DNA of 64,000 nucleotides from Owenia fusiformis (Eukaryota): NCBI GenBank assembly GCA_903813345.2, contig CAIIXF020000001.1, positions 47,678,001 to 47,742,000 of the forward strand, read 5' to 3'. Shown piece by piece: positions 40,143 to 52,264 of this stretch (position 1 is its first letter; each line of letters starts with the position of its first letter). The notes under the pieces were generated by a model. It saw only the letters and a program-made list of their open reading frames with translations, ran no database searches and was not told where the DNA came from. The position numbers and the translations under genes were made by a program.

Positions 40143-40931
40143 TCATGAAAGCTCAAGGTGTTTGATAGTGTATGCAAGTTTCTCCATATTATTGTTATAG
40201 TTGGTGTCAGCAGCCAATATATCTGGATCCAAAGACTTTTGAAAGTAATACGTGTTGTCTGTGTTTATAGCAAATTCGGGATGGGTAAGGTATTGAACAG
40301 AGCGATAACCAAGATCTGGGTAATGTGAGGTTGTGCTCAATCTTTCCGTGAAATAGCTGTTCTTTGTTTGATCCTCAGCAGGGTGAACAGTACTTGTTGG
40401 TGATTCTACAGGTCCTGGAATGGTACTCCATTGTGAATCATGACTCCTCTCGTTATCATCGATATGTGTATGTCCTTTCGGGCTAGATCTAAGTCCAATT
40501 GCACGATGTTTGCCTACGGGGTCGTTCGTGTTGAATTCATTGTGAAGATTATGCTCTAAGTTACAATTCATATCTCTATTTCTTTCTAAGCAACATTGGC
40601 ATGATCTTATACCAAAATTATTCCCGGAAACAGTTGGCCTAGTTTGATAAAGATAGTGTTCTATTAATCTGTCCAAATACGTGCCACTACCAGGGTCTTT
40701 GGCATTATTTCCAATAAAGACATCTTCGGGAGAATTCGCTGTTCTGATGTCGTCGTGATGGATTGTCGATGCTTCATCAAATTGAAACCGAACACGCTTT
40801 AATATTTTATTGTCTTCTTGTGTATGCCCACTGCTTTCTACTCGATTCGAATGGAGTGAAGAAAATCTATTATAGGGAAGATAAACTTCTTCCATATTCC
40901 ATTTTGACGAGATATATTCCCTTGTTGCCAT
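40143..40931 (-). CDS. Hypothetical 262-aa protein, single exon, hydrophilic, with KRVRF motif
   Basis: 789-bp non-repetitive ORF in AT-rich DNA with a good start context (caagATGg). No family recognised. Confidence 0.55.
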   Translation of the reverse strand: MATREYISSKWNMEEVYLPYNRFSSLHSNRVESSGHTQEDNKILKRVRFQFDEASTIHHDDIRTANSPEDVFIGNNAKDPGSGTYLDRLIEHYLYQTRPTVSGNNFGIRSCQCCLERNRDMNCNLEHNLHNEFNTNDPVGKHRAIGLRSSPKGHTHIDDNERSHDSQWSTIPGPVESPTSTVHPAEDQTKNSYFTERLSTTSHYPDLGYRSVQYLTHPEFAINTDNTYYFQKSLDPDILAADTNYNNNMEKLAYTIKHLELS

Positions 40932-42323
40932 CTTGAAAATATAAATACTTCTTAGATTTTGTATATCAAAAAGCTAACATTGACCTTGACGTTGCATACG
41001 TCGTATATAATATACTTATAGTGAGATTGTCAAAGTTTAAGTTAAGTTAGGTGTGTTTAACGTGAAAATAAAACTTCATAAATAATCTGGATAATCCTGT
41101 GAGATTAACAGATCTAGACGAGTTCAGATCCATAATGAAAGTTTCGAAGTATGAACATTGAACATGGTGATAAAGATGATACTTCTAGTTTATTGAACTG
41201 GCATTTGGACACTCATCCCTTTTTGTTGCGTCAACCATTCAACCATTGAAGGCTTCTATTGCTTCATCAAGCTTAGTATCTGAAGATGGAACGTAGTGAT
41301 TGACCATGGGACCCTACGATCTTAATCAAATGTTTATGCATTTGATAAATCTCGTTTTGGTGCAATTTAGCAGGAATCTAGTATATTTTCTGTTGGATAG
41401 CATTTCGAATCTTCATGAATAAAACTGTCCTCATTGCAGGGTTCCTGTTTCACTAAAGGTGAACATAGGTGCTTAAAAAGATTTTGGATTTTGAATCAAT
41501 TGGTCATTACAATACAACACTGAATACAACGGTATTTGATACTTTGATACAGTGTAATCAAGAGATTTAAAACAACGTTACATAAGTGGAGAAATTAAAT
41601 GTTTAATTCCGGTTCAACCCTGACCCCAAGTGACTTGTTATAAAAAGCACTCTAAATAATAACCTTTACATCATATGGGATATTAAAGGGCTGGATGATG
41701 CCGTCGTTATCATATGTAGATAGATATTAATGAATAACCTTTGTTCCCAATTCAATTCATAATTCAAAGTTCAGTCGACATTTTATGTATTAATGTACAT
41801 GGCAATTGCTATCTTGAATGAAATGAATGAAATTGCAATCTTTGCAATTCCATTGGATAACATGTTGAAGACAGATAGAAAGGATTGGAAGAACACAATA
41901 CGAACTGCTATAACAATAATTATGTTTTATTCTGATGTAAACAGTCTCTGTCGAAATGTAATAAATATAAAAAAAACAATCTACCCTTATCAAAGATATA
42001 TTTCTGTCTAGAATCGATCATCTAATAAAGCCATAAATGAGTATATATTTTTATTCTTTACTGTGAAGCATCTATAGATATCATCATAACATGAGTAAAA
42101 TATAACAATAAAGAGTGTTCGCAAACTGACTTTACTTTATACTTATAACTTAGATTATCGAAATATAAAAGAACGATTTTTCTTATGCTTGTATCACGCG
42201 TGTGTATCAATGTATATATCTTAGGATTGAGTGAAATCTCTATTTTACATCGACAGTCTTTATAAAACAGTGTATAAGATACAAATGAGCTTGTGAACAT
42301 CTCGTAAAAGATAAATGGCTATA

Positions 42324-42974
42324 TGGCTGGCCACCTTGACCAATGTATACTTTTAACGCCATGAAATCTACTTTTAACGCCGTAAAATTTACTTTTAACC
42401 CCGTCAAATAGATTTTATATGATGTTAAGAATTACTTTTACGTCGTCAAAAACTATTTTGTTAATCACTTTTAACGGCGTCAAAAATCATTTTGAACAGC
42501 TTCAAAACTCATTTGGAACGGCGCCATATTGATTTTATACACCCTTTAAAAACATTTTGAAAGCCGTTAAAACGATTTTTACGGCGTAATGACTATTCTA
42601 TATGGCGTCAGGAATGATTTCGCACAATCAAACTACTGGCATTTCAAAATGATTGTAACGCTGGTTTTGATTGGCTGCCAACTAAAACGTAATTTAAGTG
42701 TCCCACATGCAGTTCTCTTAATCGGTTTCGACCAGGTTTCGATCCCGTTCAAAATCATTTTTAACGCCGGTCGAAATCGTTTTAACGCCGTTCAAAGTCA
42801 TTATTGACGTCGTTCAAATCATTTTTGACGCTGTATGAAATCGTTTTTGACGCCAAATGAAATCGTTTTTGACGCAGTTCAAAACCAGTTTCGTTGCCGT
42901 AAAATCGTACTTGACGCCAAGTAGATTTTACGGCGTTAAAAGTATGACGATACATTGGTCCAGGAGGCCAGGCA
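42324..42974. mobile_element. MITE with TIRs and ~22-bp internal sub-repeats
   Basis: tggctggccaccttgaccaatgtat.. / ..atacattggtccaggaggccaggca. Internal aaatcrtttttracgccgt-like repeats. Confidence 0.7.
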
Positions 42975-43177
42975 AATTGTTACGTCACCTAAAAGTAACA
43001 TTACAATATAAATAGGCTGTCGTTCCAATATGAAACATAAACAGCAACGACTTCGCTTTCTCCAATTGCGAGGAATGTTTTGTCTATTAATACAATTTAC
43101 GTCCATCTAATTTAACGATACTTAAGAAGTAACCCTAGCTGTGCATACTTCTGACGACTACGCGTTCTTCATATTCT

Positions 43178-45588
43178 TCATATTCTAAGCGTACATGGAG
43201 TCGTACGTTTGGCATAAAGTCTATTATAAATTAACATGCAGCGATCTATACAATTGATGACATCATCGGGAAGTTCGCTTGGTTCGGGGGAACGTCCACC
43301 AGTACCACTAGAGCGAAATGAGGTCGAGGTAAGCGCCCCCTCAAACCATGGCATCCATTCGTCAAATACAGACATATCAAGGGGACTATCGCGCCAGTCG
43401 ATCATCTTTGGGTCGTAGTATAGTCCCGTTTTCTTACAATATGTCTTCAAAACGTCATCTATTTATGAAACCAAACATACACTTTTACATAATATTTAAT
43501 TAAAACTTCAAAAAACTACTTTTGTGATGATTTGAGGGTTAAAGTCATTTATTACTTCAAAATGTATTACGTGTCAAGAGTACCATTGTATATAAAATGT
43601 CCTAGATATTTACGATATATGATCATCTTATGTATAAATTGTGATATGATATATTAGATAGTAGTTGCAATGAATCACTGCAAAGCACAATTCATACGTT
43701 CGAATAGCCTACGCCAATCAACAATGGCTGATAGAAATTTACCTGGATATTTGATAAGGTCATCTGCATCAACAACAATAGCATCTTGGCCCAACTGTTT
43801 AGTGACTAGGTTGTAAAGTTCCTCTAGCTCTTTGAAACCTGCTTCCGCTGCATCAAAATGGTCCCATCCTGAAATCATATCCAAAAATGCAAATTGGCGA
43901 CATTTCATCCCATCTAGCTGAGGAATGCCATCCGCTTGGAGACGGACTGGATGAGGTTGTGAACCGAAACGGTTTAAAGTGAACACGTGAAATGTAAAGT
44001 ATGCAGAAAAAATGAGAAAGGTGCAACACTGAACTTTTCCAAACAAGCTATTTCTTTTGTTTCAAAGGAAAAGGAAAAGTACAATCCGCAGTTTTTCTAT
44101 TTTTCCACTTTTTAGGAAACAAATCAAAAATCGAAAACTCGTGTGTTTCAGGTGTTAATATTACTGTCGTTTCTGAAAAAGTTAAAACGATCGTCTATAA
44201 CCTTTCCCATATTATTCTTTCTCTCTTTATTCTTTTCATATTTTTCAGAGAGCTAAAATTCCTATTTTCTAATATGATTGGTGCTTCTTTTCTTATTACC
44301 ATGGTGAGCTTGATCACAAATGATAGGTGGAACCAAAAAATTGAGACAACGTCAAACTAAAAGACCAAAATATTGATGGAAAAAACTTCTAAAAAGTATT
44401 TTCGGCCATATTGGGAACTTTACCTTCACTTTACCTTAATGAATATTTTCAAACAATGATTTGTTGATTTGAATACTCAATTTTATTTTTCAATCAAAAC
44501 AACAAACAATGAGAACAATTGACCTGTTATATATGAATGTATACATCTATACTGTACAATACCTGTAACTTCTTTTTTGGTCGATAACTTGTACAAAGAC
44601 GCGATTGCACGTCTTGGGTCCCTGATAAGGAAGGTGTGCATGAATCCTTCTGGGAGTAAAGCGGGAGTGTCTAATTTACCAGCCAGATAGTAAGCCATGT
44701 CCTTTATGAACACTGAATCACAATCTAAAATAAATGAATTAGTCAAATGGATGCCCATCCTTTTCTTTAACATTGCCTTATAATTTGATAAAAAATAAAA
44801 TTAAAATAGTACATGTACCATGTTCATGGGGAGGACACATCGTCAAAATGGCAATAATTATTCTGTATGAATATTCGGTAATTTTTACCTTTGAAATCTT
44901 GTTCACAATACTTTTTAATGTCCATGAAAGTGGAGTTGGTCTCAACAGGAGAGTCGCCATATCGTTTACTGAGGCGTTCCGATCCGTAGTAGTACGCCTT
45001 TGCAAATGGTTCCAGTATCACCTATACAATTACAGAAAGATGTCATCAATGGGGTCTTCAATAACAACAGATTGCATGTGCATGCATCGGAAAAAATTAG
45101 CCTACTCAATAAAGCAGGTGGTTTGATATAACAAACAGGTTTCAAACAGTACAATAACGGCAAGCAACATTTCTAATTCTAGCCTTTTAGAGATTGTTCG
45201 AATTCCTTGTGTAACTGGTACCGGAATATTTTCTTTATGATCATCAAACCCTTATATTTTGTGTTGTTTATACCATATATTTCAAATTGCAAAAACATGA
45301 ACCTTGATGACCCGTGACACAAATTCAAAACATTTTTGGGGTCACCACGAGAACCTAATGTGGCGTTTACGGATAGATTCTTACACACTATTTCAGAATA
45401 ATTTGCGTTCGTTTATCTAACAGTTTTTGGTTGCACCTCCATACAGAATGTAATGTTGAATCGCATAGTATATTCACCTTTGATCTCCCGTTGGCCATTA
45501 TAGCCCTGAAGAAGGCAGTCGAGATACTCCTAGGCACTGCCCATAGGATAACCTTGCTTATGCCCCCTTGGGTACACTCGCCAGACAT
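43178..45588 (-). CDS. P-loop sulfotransferase-like protein (family often annotated 'branched-chain aminotransferase-like' N-terminal domain); join(45588..45478,45021..44889,44724..44563,43868..43743,43458..43178), 270 aa
   Basis: Motifs VILWAVPRSISTAF, EPFAKAYYYG, VFIKDMAY, HTFLIRDPRRAIASLYK, VVDADDL..P, YC...GL.YDPKMIDW, W...AL.STSF. Four GT-AG introns with consistent phases (0,1,1,1). Confidence 0.9.
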
Positions 45589-48500
45589 ATTCAAAGTCGG
45601 TTATGTAGTACTAGTTATTAAAGCAGTTGGTCCGGCTGGTTTATTTGCGCAGAGGACAGCAGACAAGGCACTGGAATAATTCAAAATAAAAAGTAATTAA
45701 TTTACTGCCGTTAGTAGATCTAGATGAACTGAGAGTGGATAAAAATTAGAGAAATGAAGCTCAATGAAGCATTTGTAATCGTAACGGATGAGATAGTTAG
45801 ATTTTTAGACAGCCAAGCATTACAATGTGCAGAGGTATAATGCATGATGTTCAATGATGGCTTGGATCTGGGAAGTTAACTGAATAACTATCATTCAAGC
45901 TCCCATTTAGCTAGACTCAATTTCATGCAGTATGAGCACTGGTCCCATTAAAACATGGGCAAGTGAAACACTAATAGAATTTTCTAGACGATATCACTCA
46001 TATATTTCATTTCTGCTCTATAAGTAGCTTATTTAATTACGTATTCATTCGATTTGAAAACGTTTATGTCATGTTCGAAAAGTGATCAATGTGTACCGCT
46101 AATTGCAAGGATGTCGGTTGGTTCTGGTAAATGTCTCTTAGTATAATATCGATAAAAATGCGCTCTGATTTCACCATCATCGAAGATACCTTGCTCCTCT
46201 ATAACGACCACCAACTCGAGTGCCTCACACTCAATCTTGGTAAAGTCACTCTATCATGTTTGCTTGACTCGTAATAGACAAGATAACGTAAAAAAGTTAA
46301 TTAATGTTAACTTGTATATTAACTCCATGTCAAGTTAAGTTACATGAACAGTTCCAACGTGTCAATTATCAACCGACCGTGGCATATATAGCAATGAGGA
46401 GGAGAGGTTGCTTCAGCCATAATTGACTTCCATTCTATGTCATTATTTGACTAACTTTCTATTGAAGCTTTGATGATATCAAAATGGATTGACTATAGTT
46501 GGCACTAAGTGCAACTTAGTGCTCTCGAGCTTTAATAAAGTACTTTCCATTCTTCAATTCAAATAGATACGTTGATTTGAATAGATGTTAAAACCGTACA
46601 TATTATTGACAGGGAGAGTTTGATGGCCTCTGGCGCAGGAAGTTTCTAAAAACTAGCTTTCCAAAACCCTTCCTGCTTGCGTGTCTTCCTGGTTGACTTA
46701 CCCAATTTAGAGAGGAAAGCAAGTTATCTTTGATACATCGCATCTTGTTTGAGTCAATTAATAAACGGCCATGACAATCAATAAGTCCCATTAGCTTGCA
46801 ACACAATGCGGAATCTAAGTACAATGTAAAATCAACATAAATCTCATTATCTTTTAGCAATTTCTTTATATATTTGAGTATGATAAAACGGGTGTATTGG
46901 AAAGGGTGAAGCCATAGAGTTATTTATTTTGTCGCCTCTTCATTTTATTACTATTCATGTTATGGTATTTTGGGGTTTTCTTGCAAACATATTACGCGAT
47001 TGAATGAAGACGCAGAATATTCATGATTCAAAAGTTCCTAGTATTTTCTAGCTTACAATTCAAATATTTACCACAATGAACATAGGCGTAGTCAACAAAA
47101 AACAAGCAAGACAACTGGTTCAATAACATTTTTACAACAACTTTTTAGTTTGAAACTGTTAAAAATGATGACACCTATTCGTATACAGGTATCATCCTCT
47201 TTGACTAACGTTTTCCAAGCCTATTCTTTGAATTTCTCTTCCTTGTTTTTGATTTTGCTGTAGTACTCTGAACAATGGCAACGTCCTCTGCCGATTCTGA
47301 TGATCTATCGAGCAAATGGTTACCTTAGAGGTAATGTTTGATTGATATTCTAATTGAATAATGACAGGTGGTACATGGTAATTGAGAATAATTGATGTAC
47401 ATGATTACTTCGCCAGGTAATTCTTAAAACGCCAGGTAGTAGTATAAATATGTGTATATTCTATTAATGAATGACATAATTGAGAATAATTGACGTATTC
47501 ACGTGTAACATATGTATGATTGACGTATTTATTTATTTAAGAATATGTTTATTTCATAATATACGCTAATGACAGTATGATTTATTTAAATTCTTTAATA
47601 TAGCTTAGTACCTTTAAATTGTATATTCCATATACAAATGGTGGAATATGACGTATTTATTTTTTATTAATGATAGTTTTTAAATATTTCATCAATATTC
47701 CAAAATATGTTCTGTTATTTCTTGAAAGCATAATTTAAAAATTTGTCAGTTCCAAATATATCGTTTAACCCTATAGGTATAATACGAAGTCCAGTCACTT
47801 AAAATGTTTGGAATGTTAAAGCTAAAAAGACACCCAAGTTCATCCGGTTCTATTTATATTGCCCCTGTGCAAAAACAATACCCCTGATATTCATAGGAAT
47901 AATACGGGGATCAATTATTCGACTACAACTCGAGGTGAATTAATTCGCAGCTAGATTGGGATCAGTTAGGTTCTTAGTCTCTTGAATTGCTTACTTTATT
48001 GCTACTCATTAACTTATGAATTATTCCACTACCGCACGGATACATCCTCGTAGAGGAAAGTGTTCATTAACTTTTACACATGCAGTACGTCATCTTGTAA
48101 GCAACTTAATGAGTTAATATCCAAATCTAAAACCACCCTTCTTATTGGTCAATCCAAGGTGTATATAGGTAGACAAGCTACTTTTATACTACTTAAGTTT
48201 ATAATATACTTTTCCAATTGCCGGTGAAAAATAAAATTTAAAAAATGATTTAGCATAAGGCTTAGCGACCGATATTACTATATTGCTAAGGAATTTCGCA
48301 TAAAAATCTTCAAATGTGTCTATATGCCATTTCCGATCGAGCATGTTGTATTGTGTAATAATTTCAAAAAATAGCTTGTATTTTCTTAATGAAGTTAATC
48401 AATAACTGCCTTCGGAATATAAAAGATACCACCAGATGCACAGTAACAGAAATGAATTAGGATCATAAAGTTTTGGGAGTTGGTGTTGATCCTTATGTTT

Positions 48501-49510
48501 TTATGGACATTTTTCATCAAAATAATGTATGGTACTTATAACACAATATGTATTATTTTGATTTATAGGGTGTTGCAGATGGAGTGAAAAATATGAAAAA
48601 TAATTCTTTTATAAAATGAATGCGCATGCGCTAACGGGGAGTGAACGTGGGAGACGTGGCGATAACGAAAATATAAATACGAAGATAGGAAGAATGGTTT
48701 ATTGCAGCCAAAGTGACACTGTGATTATTGTTCAGCACGATGTAATAAGCCAATGCAGTTATAATGCTCACAAACAAAGCTTCTGAGCATCCCTAAATCA
48801 ATTATTCACCTTACAGAGCAGCAAAATGTACAACTGAATTAGGCCAAATTAAAGACGTGATATCACAATATATATAGATATGCGTACTCGTCCCAAAGCT
48901 ATTGAATCCGCTAATCCGTCGATTGACTTGTAAATAAACATTGCTTTGATTCCGCCGAAGATACAGGTATAAAATCGGATCATGTTAAAACACCCCTCTG
49001 GGAAATTACTGTGTAATTAAAAAATAAAATAAAAATCATGATTCGAGTAGTGGATTACTGTTGCATTGGAAAAACAGTGATGGCCTGAGATCCATGAAAC
49101 ATATCTCCACCCTTGGCAATTGCGTCAATGCTATTCTAAAACAGCTAGCCTCTTGGCCTCAATTACGGTCCAGGGGGATCAGTTTCTCGATCTTGCCAAA
49201 TGAAATGGAACATTTTGACACAAATGTGGTGTTTCTATTTTACCAGAGCGTGTTAGTAATTACTCGAATCCGAGGTAATTTGTTGATCCACTATACGAAG
49301 GGACGTATGTTGGTTTCAAAATAGCTACATGTAGATAGAGGCAGGTGGTATTATGGATATTACAAAATGTAAAAAAGGTTAAACAGATCATGCGGGAAGT
49401 TGAAATCTTGGTGGACTTTGTCCAAAATATTAATGTATAATGGTGTTCCATCTGCGCGCTTCTAATTTGATTCATCGAAAAAAATAGTTAGAAATGATCA
49501 AATTGATAAG

Positions 49511-49934
49511 CGAACTCCTATGCAGTGTCTCGGTATAGACACTGCGGCGGGCAGATTATGGAATCCCCAAAATTTGGGGAAGATAGTCCCCCTTTTTGTC
49601 ACAGATGTACTTGTTTTTCACACAACTTATAAAATATATGTTCTTTTATGTTCACCAATAATTATTTTGTCAAAATATTCCAAAATCAATGCAATATAAG
49701 AGGAAATCTCCGCGGAAGGAATTCTGAGTAAAAGTTGTGTTGATAAAAGTTTACCGCACGTGTTGTTTATTAGTTAATACGCGCAATTCAACCAATGAAA
49801 TTGTCTAAATTTTACAATCACGCGACCTGAGCATGGGGCTAGAACCAATCACGTCAGTTGTTTATTACGATGTTACCATGCTTACGGTGAGATACCTGCC
49901 CGCCGCAGTGATAATATCACTGCACGGGAGTTCG
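49511..49934. mobile_element. MULE-like MITE with 9-bp TSD
   Basis: ATTGATAAG|CGAACTCCC..TGCAGTG...CACTGCGGCGGGCAG ... CTGCCCGCCGCAGTG...CACTGCACGGGAGTTCG|ATTGATAAG. Confidence 0.8.
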
Positions 49935-51415
49935 ATTGATAAGCGCAGGAACGAGGTTTAGAAAAAATATCATTTTAATTAAAATTAAGTTTTTGTTTAG
50001 TTCTAGAACCCAATGGTTCAGATGTATTAACATCGTAGGTTCCTACGCTCAATCACTACGTTCTAGGATAGGTCCGAAGCTTGATGAAGCAAGATGATGT
50101 AATATAAGAAAACATGATGAATAAATTTTTAACTAAAATGGTTCATCATAAGGGATTGGAATATTTGGAAGATTATAACCGATCTAGAATAGTTAGATTT
50201 GAAACTTTCCAGACACCATATATAATAGTAGATTCTCATTATGTCACCCATTTTGAAATGCCGTATGCATAAAGATGAAATTAAATGGCTGATACTTTAT
50301 TCGGTGGGGTAAAGTATTATGTCACATAGTGTATAGATACTACTATTTTGAAATAATGTGTAGTGGTTACACAAACGTCGTAACAAAACAATCCGAAACT
50401 ACGATAACATCTTTCTGTTTCACCAAAAACATTCTGATACTTATAAATTTCTGTTTCTCCAAAAACATGCTGTGATATTATAAGAAATATTTGGTGATTT
50501 GAGCTCATCTGATGTACCCTTTGCATTCGTTCGACTTCACTTTTTAATAGAGAGCTTCGTCTTCACGAGGGTAGTTTATAACTAGACTCTGAGCGCAGGG
50601 TACATCTGAAGGGAAGAGCTGCAACTGTCATACTTAGATGAAATATATAAGGTCTCTCTCGTGGTTCACAGAATTAAACCAATAATATCATGGCATCTCA
50701 TGGCTCAGAAGATATCAGATGTCATGGTTTTTCATGAGGGTTACAATTACAAAACGACATATTTATAATTTATTTGAATCCATCTCTTTTTGATGAGTGT
50801 GGCTGACACTGACAGATAGAATGGCCTATTGATGCAATCATAACAGATAATTGCATGCATATGCACACTTCCGGATTTATATCACAAACGGATTTCACTG
50901 ATAAGAATGTAAAACACAAATGTCATACCCGTCCTTTATATAAGAAATTCCTCCGCATGTTTTCAAAAGGATACACCGCGTTTCTAGCACAATGTTTTTG
51001 AATTTGAATCGAAGTGACGATTTTAACAATGATTTTTAAGAGCGCTTGGAACATAATCAATAAAGATACCGAAATCTGGACTGACCCAATATTTTACTCA
51101 TTCATTCGTTGTAAACGATGAGTCAACGAACTATGGGTGAACGCCCATTTTGTCCGTATCCGTAAACCGGAAGTCCATTTATAGAGTGTCTGTTATTTTG
51201 TTCTCGTATTCTATATATGTATGTGCGGTAATTGAATATTGACATGTTTGGTATTGTACCGTCCTTTTAACACCTATTGTCGTTCCATTTATAATGGCTT
51301 GGTCGATTTGTGAGATATGTTTGGCGCATAAAACAATCGATACTTAAACTTTTAAACAAGCTCTTTTATGAAGACTACTATACCATGAGTCGCTGTACTA
51401 TCATTAATGCTTACT

Positions 51416-52264
51416 CACCCTATGCAGACAGAGCCTGTGGGAAATATTGGGTGCGGCGCAAATGAGCGGAGGGTGCGGAGCTAACGGTCATTTTTGAATT
51501 TAAAATTGGGATATTTCTGAAACTAAGCCGTTTTGGGACTTCAAATATACCAAGATATGTGTATTTGACACCAAATATCAATAAAATTGTGAAAATAGTG
51601 GTGCAATTCATTTTATAGCGACGCAGTATGCCTTAAACATTTCCCAGACCTATATATTTTGAGACTATCCTTTTAATACTGCGTCCCCAGGATTCATAAA
51701 AAATGGTGTTCAAGATACACTACCCATGCAAATTATTTTTGCATCTTGGAAGCCAGGCAGTATCTGTGTGATTTTATAAAAATTCGGAAATGTTCTTCAG
51801 ATATGAGCCCCTCTAAATATTGGGTGCGGAGCTACGTTTATGGAGCTGCTCCGCACCCAATATTTAGAGGGGCTCATATCTGAAGAACATTTCCGAATTT
51901 TTATAAAATCACACAGATACTGCCTGGCTTCCAAGATGCAAAAATAGTTTGTATAGATAGTGCACCTTGAACACCATTTTTTATGAATGCTGGGGACTCA
52001 GTATTAAAAGGATAATTTCAAAATATATAGGTCTGGGAAAGGTTTAAGGCACACTGCGTCGCTATAGAATGAATTGCGCTACTATTTTCACAATTGTATT
52101 GATATTTGGTGTCAAATACACATATCTTGGTATATTTGAAGTCCCAAAACGGCTTAGTTTCAGAAATATCCCAAATTTAAATTCAAAAATAACCGTTAGC
52201 TCCGCACCCTCCGCTCATTTGATCCGCACCCAATATTTCCCACAGGCTCTGTCTGCATAGGGTG
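51416..52264. mobile_element. 849-bp fold-back element, CAC...GTG termini, 5-bp TSD (Transib-like)
   Basis: TTACT|CACCCTATGCAGACAGAGCC...GGCTCTGTCTGCATAGGGTG|TTACT. Arms ~417 bp with a ~15-bp spacer at ~51833-51847. The mirror-image ORFs 51420-51611(-) and 52069-52260(+) reflect this symmetry. Confidence 0.85.

Noticed and set aside
47205..47323. Possible minus-strand terminal exon (NHLLDRSSESAEDV...KNRLGKR*)
   Set aside because: Weak AAG acceptor and no upstream exon could be linked convincingly.
51420..52260. Two near-identical 63-aa ORFs on opposite strands
   Set aside because: Mirror images produced by the fold-back element.
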